A DNA stretch of 64,000 nucleotides, from assembly GCF_000143415.4 (NCBI RefSeq), contig NW_003314423.1, positions 93,072 to 157,071 on the forward strand. The letters run 5' to 3'. Origin of the DNA: Selaginella moellendorffii (taxonomy: Eukaryota > Plantae > Lycopodiophyta). The position numbers and the translations under genes were made by a program. Shown here piece after piece: positions 36,382 to 48,512 of this stretch. Under the pieces are notes generated by a model. It worked only from the letters and a program-made list of their open reading frames with translations. It searched no databases and was not told where the DNA came from. Every line of letters starts with the position of its first letter. The first letter of the stretch is position 1.

Positions 36382-37950
36382 TTACAATTGGGATAAGCAA
36401 GCCGTTCCAAAGAGACGGTAGCTGGGAAGCTTAAACTTCCTTTCCTGGAAGACGTTCTGTGGCACAATCACTTCCTCCACAAGCCTGCATGGTCGCAAAG
36501 CAAAAGCAATTGAGAATACATGAAAGCTTCCAGGGACATACCTGGAACTTTGATATGAAGAATGGTGATGATTGTCATCTACAATAGTTGCCTTGAGTCG
36601 TTTGCTCGTGGCTGCAGCAGAAAAGGAAAAGAAATTAGTAGAGGTAAAAGAAAAAAAACCAAAATACTTGTGTCCAGCTCGGCCTCGTCACGGTCCTCAA
36701 TTGGCACTGTCGAGGTTGTCCCTTCGAGCACAGTGGCCCCCTTGGGAAGGCGAATGGTGAGAATCTCATCCTGCAGATTAGCTATTAAACCGTCGACGTT
36801 GGTGTAAGGAGGAACGGCAAGCTTCTCGGGGCAGTAAACGTCCATCTCCGTGGAAACAAGCACACCCCGTCCATGTTTTTCAACATGCACTTGATCCAGC
36901 GACGAGAGACCTGTACAGTAGTACGCAAGAGAAAAAAAAAAACATGAGATAACGTTGTCTGCAGTTGACTTACCCGGCACTTGCACATCGACAGTGTAGA
37001 ACTGCTGGTTCTCGAAGGACGACCACAATAGCTTGCGCTTGTCATATCCTGCATGCCACAGAGAAAAAGAAATAAAAAAACTCCAGGCAGGATCAAAGCC
37101 ATACCTTTATCAATGTGCTTGAGGCAGTTTAGCAGCAGCTGGTAAGCATGTTTCTTCTCAAAGTTGTAGAGAGCAACTAGACCGCCATGATCAGGGAACT
37201 GCGGGAGCCCCCCGGCATCAGCCACCTCCTGCGCTAACTTGAGGCTCCTGACACACATCGTCAAGGGAGCGTCGGGGAAGAATTCAGTGCATGGAACGAC
37301 CGGTGTAGCATGTGATATAGAGCGCTGATGGACCAGAGCGGTGAGGTTTGTGGACTGCAGACGAAAGAACCTGGTCCAGGATTCAGCGCCAAACACTCTC
37401 GCCTGCTCCTGCAACTCGTGCACTTCAAGACTCCGGCAAAAGTCGTGCACGAGGCGAGTTTCTTCCCGTCCACGCAAGTCGCGAATTGCATTCCCGATCG
37501 CGGCTCCCACCCCTGCAAAGCCGGGAAGGGAGAGACGGCCGCCACGATGGCCGGCGGGCAAACCGCCCCATCGACCGCAAACCACCCGGACACGACCGGC
37601 GGGCGCAAGTCGCCCTCAGCCCCCGGCCGCCCGGCCTCGGGCTCCACGTAAGCGAGCGGGGGGTTTGGGATTCTCCCAGACGCCGTCCACGAGCTTGATT
37701 ATGTGTGTATATGGGACGGGATGTCGTCAAACCCGAGTGGTTTTCCAGTGGATGGGGGGATTTCGCTCACAATTTCGGTGTACTTGAGCGTGTAGTCCAG
37801 GAGATGCGCCTCGAGGCCGCAGGTGGTAACATCAGAGTTGCCCAGCACCTTAAAGGCTTGGCCGAGGACACGGTTGTCTAAGCGGAGCATCACCACCCAT
37901 AGAAACTCTCTAAACTCTTTGTAGGCTTCTGGGTCGGTGGTTTGCTCACC
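36382..37950 (-). pseudogene. Spliced gene: unknown N-terminal region plus C-terminal alpha-crystallin/HSP20-like domain; 5' exon disrupted
   Basis: Exons ..37105, 37048-36974, 36910-36668, 36611-36542 and 36484-36382 join in frame. FYTVDVQVPG|LSSLDQVHVEKHGRGVLV...LAVPPYTNVDGLIANLQDEILTIRLPK fits the ACD pattern. Stop or frameshift near 37700. Confidence 0.6.
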
Positions 37951-38044
37951 TGAAAGAGCTATTAGCTGCGCTTGCTGTGAGGATGCCGCTCCTACTCCTA
38001 GTCGCGCCTATCAGCCGCATCAACATTTTGCGTTCCTTGCTGGG

Positions 38045-38693
38045 TTTTGGGTTTTAGTATAGGCGCGAGCGATGGCATCCAGCTCCAGCACGCAATTCGA
38101 CTTGCGCCTCGTTGCTATCCCGGGCTAAGAACGAGGTATGGGCATAATCTGGAGGATGAATGGTTCGTGGTTTACTTGCTCTACGAGACGTGTATGTCAT
38201 GGGTGGGCGATGATGGGGGGATTTTGCTCATAGAGCGATACCAAGATGGTTGAAACCAGAGAACAGCCGAAACGGAGTGTGTCCGCTGCCCACCTCTCCA
38301 CCTGGCGGTGGAGTCTTTTTACTCTCGCGAGGAGAGTGGGGCCTGCGGTTTCGAGATGATGTATTGGGAACGCTCCAATTTACAGGATGAGCAGGCGGTG
38401 GGAAAGACATTTCGAAAGGGCCTGGAGGCTGGAGGCAATCTCTTAAAGAACACCGCCCGCTTTTGGACGACCGAGAGACTGAAACGTTTTGGCGAAGATT
38501 GACGTGAAGTTAATCTTTTCCAGAGAAGCAATGCAGGCCCCTGTGGCTTTGGAACATAGAGCCGAGGATTTTATGAATGTGGGTATCCCGATGACTCGTG
38601 GTTATATAAAGGTGCCGTGCAAGAGGAAATAGACGCTCACAATTAGAAAAGTGGTGGTAAGACTCTGCCACCTGCGACTTCAATCCCATCAAA
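38045..38693 (+). pseudogene. Ecdysoneless remnant collapsed by many small deletions
   Basis: Colinear blocks RTRYGHNLEDEWFVVYLLYE, ACGFEMMYWERSN and DDSWLY match ~40630-42062 at under half the length. Confidence 0.88.
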
Positions 38694-39387
38694 GTGATCA
38701 CTCCAGGCTCGAGTGTCTGGGATTTGGGCTCTCACCTATCCTTCTCACGCAGCCTCCGTGCCCTGAACCCCTTCTTTGGATCCAAGCTAAATAACAAAAG
38801 TCTGCATTGCTTTCATCACAGCCTCTGGTTGATACATCCAGAGTTCCTCCTTGTCTTTAAAACTCGCCATTGATCTAGATATTAGTAACTTGGAGAGAAT
38901 GAGGAAGATAAATGGTTATGTTTCTATCCTCCTCCTTATGCTCGTTGGCTGTGCTTTGAATGTGAATGGAAGCAAGCGTATGATCTCTCCACATTTTTCT
39001 CTCATTTTTCATTTTCTGATTGAATTCGCAAATTCTCTTTTGCAGATAGATGGGATGAACTTCTGAGAGCAAATGCCAAACAAGCCAAGAGCACGATTCA
39101 GCGTGAGGTCGGAGCTGGTGTTGATGTTATAATTCTTCCAGATGATGGTGCTTACAGTGATGATTATATCTGGGATAGAGTGAGGATTTTCAAAGATAAA
39201 AACAATAAAGTGTCCCAAGTTCCAATGAGGGGATAGAAAAATAACTATGGCCAAAGATAAATTTAATCTTAATATTTACAAAAGTGGCCCAGTTTATTTA
39301 AAATAAACCTCATAGAAATTTATTCATTTATAATCTGATTCACAATTTCATGTATAAAGGCACAATTCTCCCATTAGTTTCCTAAAA

Positions 39388-40566
39388 ATGTCTCTATGGT
39401 TTATTGTTCTTGTATCATTCTCTCTAATTTCAAGCCCATTACTCGTGGCTGGGATCCAGACGCTGAAAGTCTCGTCCGTCTACAATTTTGGTGACTCTTA
39501 CTCCAACACTGGCAACCTGGACGCTGGATTTCCCGTACTTCAACATCTTCAATCTCCCCAATTCCCATATCCCATCGCAGCACTGCCCCTAGGGCAAGGA
39601 TTTCTATCGCAACAATCAACACTCAAGGTTTTGCAATGGCCAGCTTATGATCGACTACCTCACCGATTACCTTGGCTTCCCTCTCCTGTCCCCATACTTG
39701 CGGAGCATCACCATGGGCTCCAACTTCCACCGCGGCGCAAACGTTGCCTATGGAGGATCCACCGCCGCCTCGGTCTACGAGAACCACAACCCCTTCGATC
39801 TCGACGTCCAGGTCTTCGAGTTCTTGCGCCTCCAGCACCTGGCCAACACCACCTCCGGATCCACCAAGCTCCCATCGCCAGCTTCCTTTTCGGACGCCCT
39901 CTTCGTGATCCAAGCCGGCTCCGCGGACTTCGCCTACAATCTCTTCGCCCAGAATGTAAGCGTCCAAAACATGACCGCGATGGTTGTGCCCATGGTCGCC
40001 GAGACCATCTACAACGAGACCATGATCCTCGCGCAGCTCGGCGGCGCCAAGAAGTTCCTCATCTTCAACCAGCCGGCGGTGGGCTGCCAGCCCTTCTTCC
40101 TCACGCAATCCAAGCTCTACGGCCAGACCCAGAGGGACGGGCTCAACTGCGTCAAGAGCTACAACGACATCGCCCAGGCATTCTCCTCGCAGCTCAACAA
40201 GACGGTGAGCGCTCTCTGCGGGGGGACGCCGGCTCCATGGTTGTCTACGCCGACCTCTTCCAGGCCAGCATCGATGCGATGAACAGCTTCCAGGCCGAGA
40301 ATGCGCTGCGGGCGTGCTGTGGATCGCCGCACGGCGATGGCGAGTCTAATTGCCAGACCGGGACGATCAATGGCGTCGCTACCATGTTTACGTGTGGATG
40401 CGGCAAAGGGAGGGCTTACACGAACAGCACCGAGTTTGCGAGCTGGGATGGAATTCACTACACAGAGGAATTTAACAAGGTGGTAATGGAGAAATTTACC
40501 AAGGAGAACATGTACTTTGACACCAGCGGTAGAATTTTTTGCCGCGTAACTTTTTTTACCAATTAA
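39388..40566 (+). pseudogene. GDSL esterase/lipase, intronless, with two compensating frameshifts
   Basis: Signal peptide, FGDSYSNTGN and C-terminal ACCG...WDGIHYTE are in one frame. The GDSL core (MIDYL..LGFPLLSPY, GANVAYGG, GAKKFLIFN..VGCQP) is in the 39647 frame. Confidence 0.85.
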
Positions 40567-40647
40567 CAAATAAAACTTTTCACATTTTTTTCTTTTTGTG
40601 GAATCACCCTTCTCACTAAGCAGCTAGGGTTTAGGTAGGGTTTGGCG

Positions 40648-42701
40648 ATGGATGCTGGTGCCGAGGACGCGGTGTTCTATTCGATCTATCCGGGATTACC
40701 AGCCGGCGCGAGCGATGGCGATACCTTGATCCAGCTCCAGCGCCTCCGCGACGATTGCCTAGCTGTAGCGTCGCCGCTTGTCCGTGGATACATCTGGCAG
40801 CACGCGCAGTTCGATTTGCAGGTAGCGCTTTCGGCGCCGCCATCGCACAGGGAGCCGGCATTTTCCGGTGACGAGGAGCCGGCGGCTCGTTGCGATCCCG
40901 GGCTGCCGCTTGTCTATGGAAGAACGAGGTATGGGCATAATCTGGAGGATGAGTGGTTCGTGGTTTACTTGCTCTACGAGATTTCTCGGAGGATTCCGGG
41001 GGTGTATATCAGGGTGTGGGACTCTGATGGAGAGTTTTTGCTCATAGAGGCAGCGTACGCGATACCAAGATGGTTGAAACCAGAGAACAGCCAGAACAGG
41101 GTGTTCATCAGCCAGGGGTCACTTCACATTCTTCCACTGCCCACCTCTCCGGCTCACGTTGGCCTTTCTCTAGCAAATCCAACGCTGGCAGAGGCCGTGA
41201 GAGTTCTTTCCAGCGGAAGCGTCGACACTAGAGCTTCCGAGGGTGTCCAGGCAGCAATCGGCCGAAAGTTGGAAGGATATCCCGAGCGGTCCCGGAAGAA
41301 CATGCACAGAGTGAGATGCAAGGTTCCTTTGAGCGTAGCGCAGGTGCTCAAGCACGAGCCACAGCTGGTTGCTCTGGCGGTGGAGGCGTTTTACACTCGC
41401 GATCACGATGCAATGGCTGCGGCCTCGAGGATGGAGAAGTTTTTACGTGGAGGGCAGGATGAGATAGTCACCGTGGCGGTTTGCTTGTCCAAGGCTATGT
41501 ACGCTCAGCTCAAGCAGCAGGTTTTCCAGGCTCCTCGGATTTATCCTGCGGAGGGACAAGATGACATTGGCGTGAAGCTGGCCTGCGGTTTTGAGATGAT
41601 GTACTGGGAACGCTCCAATTTCCAGGATGAGCAGGCAGTAGGCAAAACATTTCGAAAGGGCCTGGAGGCTAGAGGTTACTTTAAAGATCTTCTTGAAGGA
41701 TCGAAAGAACACCGCCAGCTTTTGGACGCTGCCTTTGCCAGCTACCGAGAGACGGAAACGTTTTCAAGAATAAGGTAAAGGTTGACGGGAAGTTAATCTT
41801 TTTTAAATTTTCTTCGTTTTTCCAGAGAAGCAATGCAAGTCCCTGCGAAACGAATTGACGAAATTTTGGCTTTGGAACATAAAGCCGAGGATTTCATGAA
41901 TGTGGATATCCCGGAAAGTGACGATGACTCGTGGTTATATAGAGGTGAAGATGAGCTAACAAGTGCCATGCAAGAGAGACAGAAGGAAATGGACGCTCAC
42001 GATAAGAAAAGTGGTGCTAAAACTCTGGCACCTGTTGTCGAAGGCGAGTTTGATCCCAGCGAATTGACCAAGACAATGAAGTCATTTGTGGACAAAATCT
42101 CAAGTTTTGAGGGTGCTGAGGTACCAAAGAGTAAGATATATTTGTGATCTTGTTTTGGGCTTTTGCTAACCATCAACTCTGACAGATGACGAGCCTGTGT
42201 CTATGGATTTGGAAAATTTTATGCAAGAGCTCAAAACAGCACTGAAACTGGATAATGAGCGTGCCGGGAACTTGCAGTCGGGCTCCTCAGATTCAGATTC
42301 GGGTGAAGGTATTCGTTTTCTCTCCTCTCAATATGCAAGCTCTAAATTGTTTTCCGTTTGAAAGCTCAGACGACGAAGATGGAGACCTTTCGAAAGGTGA
42401 CGATGACTTTATGGAGGAGTACTCCGACGCTATCCAACACGAGCTTAAAAACTCGAGTGTCTCCAAAACATTTGCTCAACCTGACGTGTCTCGCGCTTCT
42501 GGGTCAGCATCTACTTCTGCTACCGCTACCGGAGATGACAACTTGCCCGTGGACGTAGACCTCAACCTGCTCAAGAACCTGCTCGACTCGTACTCATCGC
42601 AGCAAGGCCTGCCCGGACCAGCGTCTAACGTCCTGGGAATGATGGGAATGCAGCTCCCAGACGACAAGGAGGAGCATAAACGTAAGACTCGGAGGAAGTG
42701 A
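40648..42701 (+). CDS. ECD: Protein ecdysoneless homolog (SGT1/ECD family); 4 exons, apparently intact
   Basis: Exons 40648-41774, 41826-42130, 42186-42308 and 42370-42701 join in frame. Motifs [88 protein letters not shown]. Telo-box-like TAGGGTTT x2 just upstream. Confidence 0.92.
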
Positions 42702-42994
42702 CGTGACGGAGTGCGTTGATTTGGACGAGACAGAGACGGAGACAAAGCTTCCCTCGTCGAAACCAAACAGTGGGACTGTGTTACAACTTAAGACCCACGC
42801 ATTCGGAGGAGAATGCTGCTGGACCAAGAATTATTTATCTCAGTTACCAGGTATTCACATTTATTTCTTTTCTTGCCTCACATTTCTTCTCCCAGATAAT
42901 ACTCCACTTGGATAGTGCATAAGACATGTTTAATCATCGTTTCATGTTTTAAATTTGCGGTTTCAGGAAATGTCGGGTATTTGAGAAGCTGGAT

Positions 42995-43480
42995 CATGTG
43001 ATTCCACGGTTCCAAGCAGCAGAGCAACAAACCGGGGGACATGGAGAAGCGGCCAAAGAGTGCCGGAGCAGCCTCCCCGTCGCTCAGCTGCCGGCTCTCG
43101 ACGACGGCCTAGCCTCAATAGCATCACTCCTCCTGGGCGTGAGTGCCAGGAACAGTAACGAGCGTCCTCTCGGGCATCGCGGGCCTCATCGCCGGCGCGT
43201 GCAGCATGGCGGTGGGAGAGTTCCTGTCGGTGTCCTCGCAGCGCGACCACGAGCCGAGATAGAGAGGAGGGGGCGGCAGCACACCGCCGGGGGTGCGGGA
43301 GAATTGACATGGAGGCGCTGGCGCGACCGTGGCAGTGTCGGCGACGGTGTTTACCACTGGCGGTGGCGTGCCCCTGCTAGCCGCGGGGTTCGTGGAGGCG
43401 TACCGCCATGGCGAGGCTGATGGTGTTGAGGCCCAGATAGTCGTGGACGAAGCTAAACACCGCGTTGGCGGCTGCATTTA
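42995..43480 (+). pseudogene. VIT1/CCC1-like pseudogene, copy B
   Basis: DDGLASIASLLLGVSA and, in a shifted frame, GIAGLIAGACSMAVGEFLSVSSQRD. Deletions relative to copy A. Confidence 0.8.
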
Positions 43481-43499
43481 CAGTTGATTGTTAAAGTTA

Positions 43500-44480
43500 A
43501 AGCCGACTCTTTCTTAGAAGAAAATTAATAAATGACGAAATCTTTTTTAAAAAAAGTATATTAAATAATTATGCCTGGATATTATAGGAATATTTTTGTA
43601 CAAATAATAGAATCCTAGAATATAAATATAAAATTTAAATATTCCATATTTAAACTCTAACTTTCTCCAGAAGACCTAGATTTTAGAAAAATCTGAAATA
43701 CTCTTGAAACAATCAAGAAATTAAAAGTAAATATATTCTCATTCACATTTTGCTTCCGAAGCAGTGCAAGTATTTTGGGATTGAGGGTTGAGAGATGTTA
43801 TGGGTTTTGTAAGTGAAATATGATAAAATACCAGCCTTCAGCATATTCATGCCTATACGACATATAATATTCAACGGTAGGAAATAAATGCTTTTACTTG
43901 GAGAGTTCAACCATTATAAAAAGAAAAAAGTGCTTAAATCCCCCATGTGAAATATGTCACACAAAAATTTAGACATACCAGCTTAATTCGAGAAACACTT
44001 TCATTCCAGTGCTATGTTTGAAACACTTTACTTTGTTATGCATTTGTGCTCTTTAGTTGAAATCTGAAATGTTGGAGAAACAGTTTGAGCACACACTTGC
44101 TTAAGTTTGAAACAGCTAAAATTCATGCGCTCACATAGATGCAATGTTTCACTAAGAATCACTTGATTATATCATTGGATGGTTTGGAAAAACATTAACT
44201 GATTAAAAATTGAAACTATAAGAAGAATATTCATTATAAGACAATTGTTTTCCAAATAATAATTATAGCTTTAAATCCTGCTGTGCCAAACAATATTAAT
44301 GAAAAAAAAATTAATATTCATGTGTGAAAGATATCTCCAAAGATAAATATGACACTCAATCAATATGTTATTATCTTATAGTTTTATTGTGCTAAATTAA
44401 ACGAATCAACCCAAAGAAATAGAATAATTTTTATTGTCCAGTACTTAGAATTTTTTAGGTACTAAACCTATAAAAACAAA
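43500..44480. repeat. AT-rich dispersed repeat (other copies ~18565-18960, 52740-53450, 53450-54320)
   Basis: Shared blocks tcaagaaattaaaagtaaa, gattgagggtt and aaatatgata(g/a)aatacc in all copies; ccagtgctatgtttgaaacacttta also at 53194. Confidence 0.85.
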
Positions 44481-44571
44481 ATATTTCTGATAATAGTACC
44501 GTGAAGGGAGCATCTAGCGGATTCTATGTATGGAGGGGTATGCAGGGCTGCTCGACTGACATGTCAGAGAA

Positions 44572-44880
44572 GTGCAACCTGACACATCTCGTGCTTTTGG
44601 GTTAGCATCTACTTTTGGTACCATGAAAACTTGCATGTGGACGTGGACCTCAACCTGCTTAAGAACCTGCTCGACTTATACTCATTTCAGCAAGAGACCA
44701 GCACCTAATGTCCTGGGAATGATTGGAATGCAGCTCCCATATGACAAGGAGGAGCATAAACGTAAGACTCAGAGGAAGTGATGTGAAGAACTTTAACAAG
44801 AGAGACATGCAGACAAAGCTTCCCTCACAGAAAACAATGAGTGTGGGACTGTGGACTGTGCAGAGTCTGTTAAAAGTTGA
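44572..44880 (+). pseudogene. Further Ecdysoneless 3' fragment plus 3' UTR
   Basis: [16 protein letters not shown]...PNVLGMIGMQLPYDKEEHKRKTQRK* matches the last ECD exon. Confidence 0.85.
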
Positions 44881-45659
44881 ATACTTGTTGACCTTTCTAG
44901 AGTTTAAATCATACTCCCTTATTTAAACGTGCTATTGGCATATGGCATCCGGCGTCTTTTATTCCATTTTTAGAATATTATTTCTGAATATGCTTATAAT
45001 CTAATGGCTTAAATTCAAAAACTTCAAATAGATGGCATGGATGAAGTGCTAAAGGGGTGGCAACGCTTCAATTAATGACGCTCCAAATCAAGTGAAATTT
45101 TTTAGGGCGATCGGGCAAATTCATACAGGACAAGCTGCCTTTGGTGGGCGTGTGCATACCCTTTGCGAAAGCCAGGATCGTGGATTGCTCATCGCTATTT
45201 GCGACACACGCACCTTGCCTGGGACAGGTCAAAGGTGGACAGTCTGAAGAACACAAGCTCCAGCTCCATGACGACTTCCCCACTGGCAACCACTCCTGTT
45301 CGCCACATTTTCTGTGCCATACAGTCTTGTTGAAGGAAGGATATTTATACTCACTCAGTGGTCATGTCATTGTTTGAAATGACTTTGGAAGATCAAGAGA
45401 CTGCGATGGTCTTTCATAGATTATTGCAAACCAAAAGTGCAATAAAACCTTTGTCGTTGTTTTGTCTCAAAACATTTTTGCTGTGTGCAGGCCGGATCCT
45501 CGCCCCTGTATTTCCCATCCGGCCAGATTCCAAAGTCTCTGCAAGCCACAAACGTTCTCCAGGAGCTGGCTGTGAGGTGGAAGAAGCGACGCATCCACAA
45601 ACTCCATGGTTTCATGTGACTCCATGAACATGTCAAGGATGTGTCCAAGCTTGCTAAGT

Positions 45660-46410
45660 TGCTGCATGCACTATTGGTGAACAACCGATCAAGGTAGATT
45701 GAAAATTCTTTACTTTTTTCTGAAGACAATTTGCAGGGACTGCTGAATCCTGCAGCTATGGCTAGGCTGGCGCTTGGAGAAGCTTCGACGAATCTTGTTT
45801 GGGCTAAGGTACTCTCATCTTAATTGTGTTTACACACCTTATGATCTGTTTAACTTTGCAGGTTGAACTTGATTCCGAAATATATGTACAATCCTGCTGT
45901 TGCTCTTCGTGACACTGTGATCGAGCTTGAGGTTGCAATAGAAGGTGGAAAGGACAGCTTGTCAATGGCTGCTCAAGCAGGTGGTGAAACTGTCAAGGCA
46001 CTTGCGAATCTCGTCATTAGTCGTATGTGACTTGTCCAGACATTACACTCATCGTCACCCCTGATTTGAAGGTACTGAAATTCATATCCTTTCATTCAAA
46101 TCTGATTACTTGCTTCTTCCAGATTGGAGAGGAAGTTGTTCTTTTGTTGGGACTGGCAAAGGTCATCTAGGAGGTTTTGCACTGGCCCAATTTTTTGATC
46201 AGGTCAGACAAACTGTGGTTTTCTTTCCTTGCTAGCTTCCACTATGCGGATTAGTGATACTTGCCTGGACGTTGAAATATTTAAAACGTGCCTTCAATGC
46301 GACACAGGTGATCATGTCATTCATCGGTTTTCTTTTTTAAACAATCTGGATTTTTCTGCGGACAGGACCTTATTGGCAAGAAACTTATTTCTGCAGGACA
46401 TGATATCAGA
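45660..46410 (+). pseudogene. Captured fragment of FGAM synthase (PurL/PUR4)
   Basis: CTIGEQPIK|GLLNPAAMARLALGEASTNLVWAK and IELEVAIEGGKDSLSMAA...YVTCPDITLIVTPDLK; introns retained. Confidence 0.85.
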
Positions 46411-46737
46411 GTTATAGTTTCATTGCTATAGTTTCATTGTCTATGCGAGAAATTATGGCATTGAAGTAGACATTCGGACACTCTAAGCATATCCATGGGA
46501 GGAGCTATTGCTACAGAAGTCGGGGATGAGACCACTGAACCATTAGAATCAGAAACAGATCAAGCATCAACTTAAATGCAGTCAAAGACGTGTTCACAAC
46601 CTTGAGCTTCAGGTAACCTCTATCCCTGCTTCATTGTAAGAGAGCGCCAGTGCTGAGAATTTCTTCTGTAACTTTTCCACCCTATACACCAGGGATGCAT
46701 GAAGAACTGGGCATTCCAAGTTTTTTACACTATGCAG

Positions 46738-47180
46738 AAAGGAATCATACTATTCAACCAGAAGCCTTGCATGAGTATTGATTTCCTTGTAAAAGCCAAG
46801 AAGTGGAGAAAATTCCTGAAGAGGTTGCCAGGTTCCTCCTGAGTGCCACAGGTCTCAACAGAGGCAGGATCCGAGTTGGCAACGTAAAATCTGGCTGGAA
46901 AATTATGGTTATGGTAAATTATAGTAATTTTGGACAAGGTATCAATGCTTTATCGATTACAGATTTTTATTACTGCTGCAACAGATAGAGATAGCGGCAT
47001 TATGCATCTTGCATTTGAACTGGTGGAGAAAGTTGCCAGAAATAACTTTCAACACATTACTGAAACCAAGAACACAATATTCACAGACTGTGAATGGCAT
47101 TCTTGCATTCATAAGAAAACAAGTTTAGTGACGATATCAGCCTCAACACTCTCGCTTTTCTGCGTTTTTGCGCATTGGTG
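46738..47180 (+). pseudogene. Captured fragments of a BIG-type Sec7 ARF-GEF
   Basis: KGIILFNQKP..IDFLVKAKK..PEEVARFL..ATGLN (Sec7 start) fused to RVGNVKSGWK|IFITAA...LAFELVEKV...ITET..IFTDC...ISLNTLAFLRFCA (downstream HDS region). Confidence 0.8.
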
Positions 47181-48039
47181 AAGGAAAGCTCAGTACTTTC
47201 AGATAGTAACAAACATCAAGTTGTTCTGTGCGACTTCATTGGAATCATCAAAAGACAGCAATCAGTGATTTTGAGAAGTAAGTTTTCTATTACTCTCGTT
47301 ACCACAGGCTGACGATTCATTCAGATGAGATTGTCAGTAAATTGTCATAACAACCAACGAGTTTATATGCCCAAGCAGACGTGTTTGCTTATGGCAAGGT
47401 CATTAAGGAATCTCTCGCAGTCTAAATGTTTCTTTCTTCATATCCCCGAGGAACCTTGAGCAGAAGGTGTTCTGGATTATTAGATTCTTCATAGAGTAAG
47501 TTCCTGAAGGTTCATTCCTTGCAGCTCTACAGTTACCTTGTTCTTGCAGACTTTCACAGGCAACCGTCCATCCCTAAGTGTGCTGTATTATAGATCCAGA
47601 TTACAAATGATCAAATCCAGATTTTGATTTGATATCTGATGTTACCAAATTATCATCTATGTGCTGTTATCTTCAGAGATGTAGGCAATAACAGCATCAA
47701 TGCAGGGAAGAATGCTGTATCCGCCATATGTGTATAAGTTTTGGAAAGCATTGCCATAGTTGCTCAAGAAAGAGAAAGAGATTGAAAAACACTAGAGGAA
47801 AAACTCATGCATATGTACCATCATTCCCGCCCAGCAAGTGTCTGGTAAATCTGAGAGAAAAGCTTTCACACTCCCACCGGGACCAAGTATGGAAGTAAAA
47901 AAACCAATTTTTTTTTATGATCTAGAGCTACATGCTAACGATGAAATTCACGCCTTGCTGTGTCAAACAAATGACCCAACCTGCGTAGTATCAAACTTGA
48001 AGGAAATGAGTACTACTTACATGAACAACCCCTGAAAAT

Positions 48040-48455
48040 CAGTGTTGGCAAGGATGCATTCATGTCCCAGGCAATCTATGAGAAGATCCTCTGGTGTTTC
48101 AATCCCACAAACAGCAACAACAACCAAACAACCAACTTGAGTTCCTTCAACTCAATCATGAAGTAGACTGTCTCTCAGTTTCTCCGAGTGACCAAGTCAG
48201 CTTGCAGGGAGACTTGTGATGCTACAAATATTAAACTTGGTGAATCAATCCTTTTAAGAGTGCCTTGGCTGGGAATTGAGTAAGCATGTGCATGGCCTTG
48301 CCACCAGTTTTCACCATCTATGCTCAGGTTACTACAAGCAAAAGCTTTATTAGCTTCTTCTCAGAGATGAAAGAAAAACTCGAGCTACCTTCTGCAGTTC
48401 CATAAGCTAAGGAGTCCTTTCTGGTACATCCAGAAGCACATTGAAGTTCCTATGG
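48040..48455 (-). pseudogene. Captured fragment of a class-3 lipase (diacylglycerol-lipase-like)
   Basis: IDGENWWQGHAHA and YFMIELKELK..VVAVCGIETPEDLLIDCLGHECIL resemble the plant GDNWWRGHAAAF and VRGTETPEDLITDGL motifs (recalled, not searched). Confidence 0.65.
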
Positions 48456-48512
48456 GTAAAAAATTGATAGCATAGACTGATTTTGTTTTTGAGTTGTATT
48501 TGTTATTATCAC

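Larger units (their letters stand above)
38695..43900 (+). repeat. Segmental duplication copy B (most complete)
   Basis: Colinear with 14912-18960; lacks the TRIM and the ~2-kb deletion. Confidence 0.9.

Noticed and set aside
39623-40569. Minus-strand ORFs over the GDSL gene
   Set aside because: Antisense shadows of high-GC3 coding sequence.
40625-40643. Interstitial telomere repeat
   Set aside because: Only two isolated TAGGGTTT units; better explained as promoter telo-boxes.
45660-46410. Bacterial purL horizontal transfer
   Set aside because: The fragment has spliceosomal introns and plant-type sequence.
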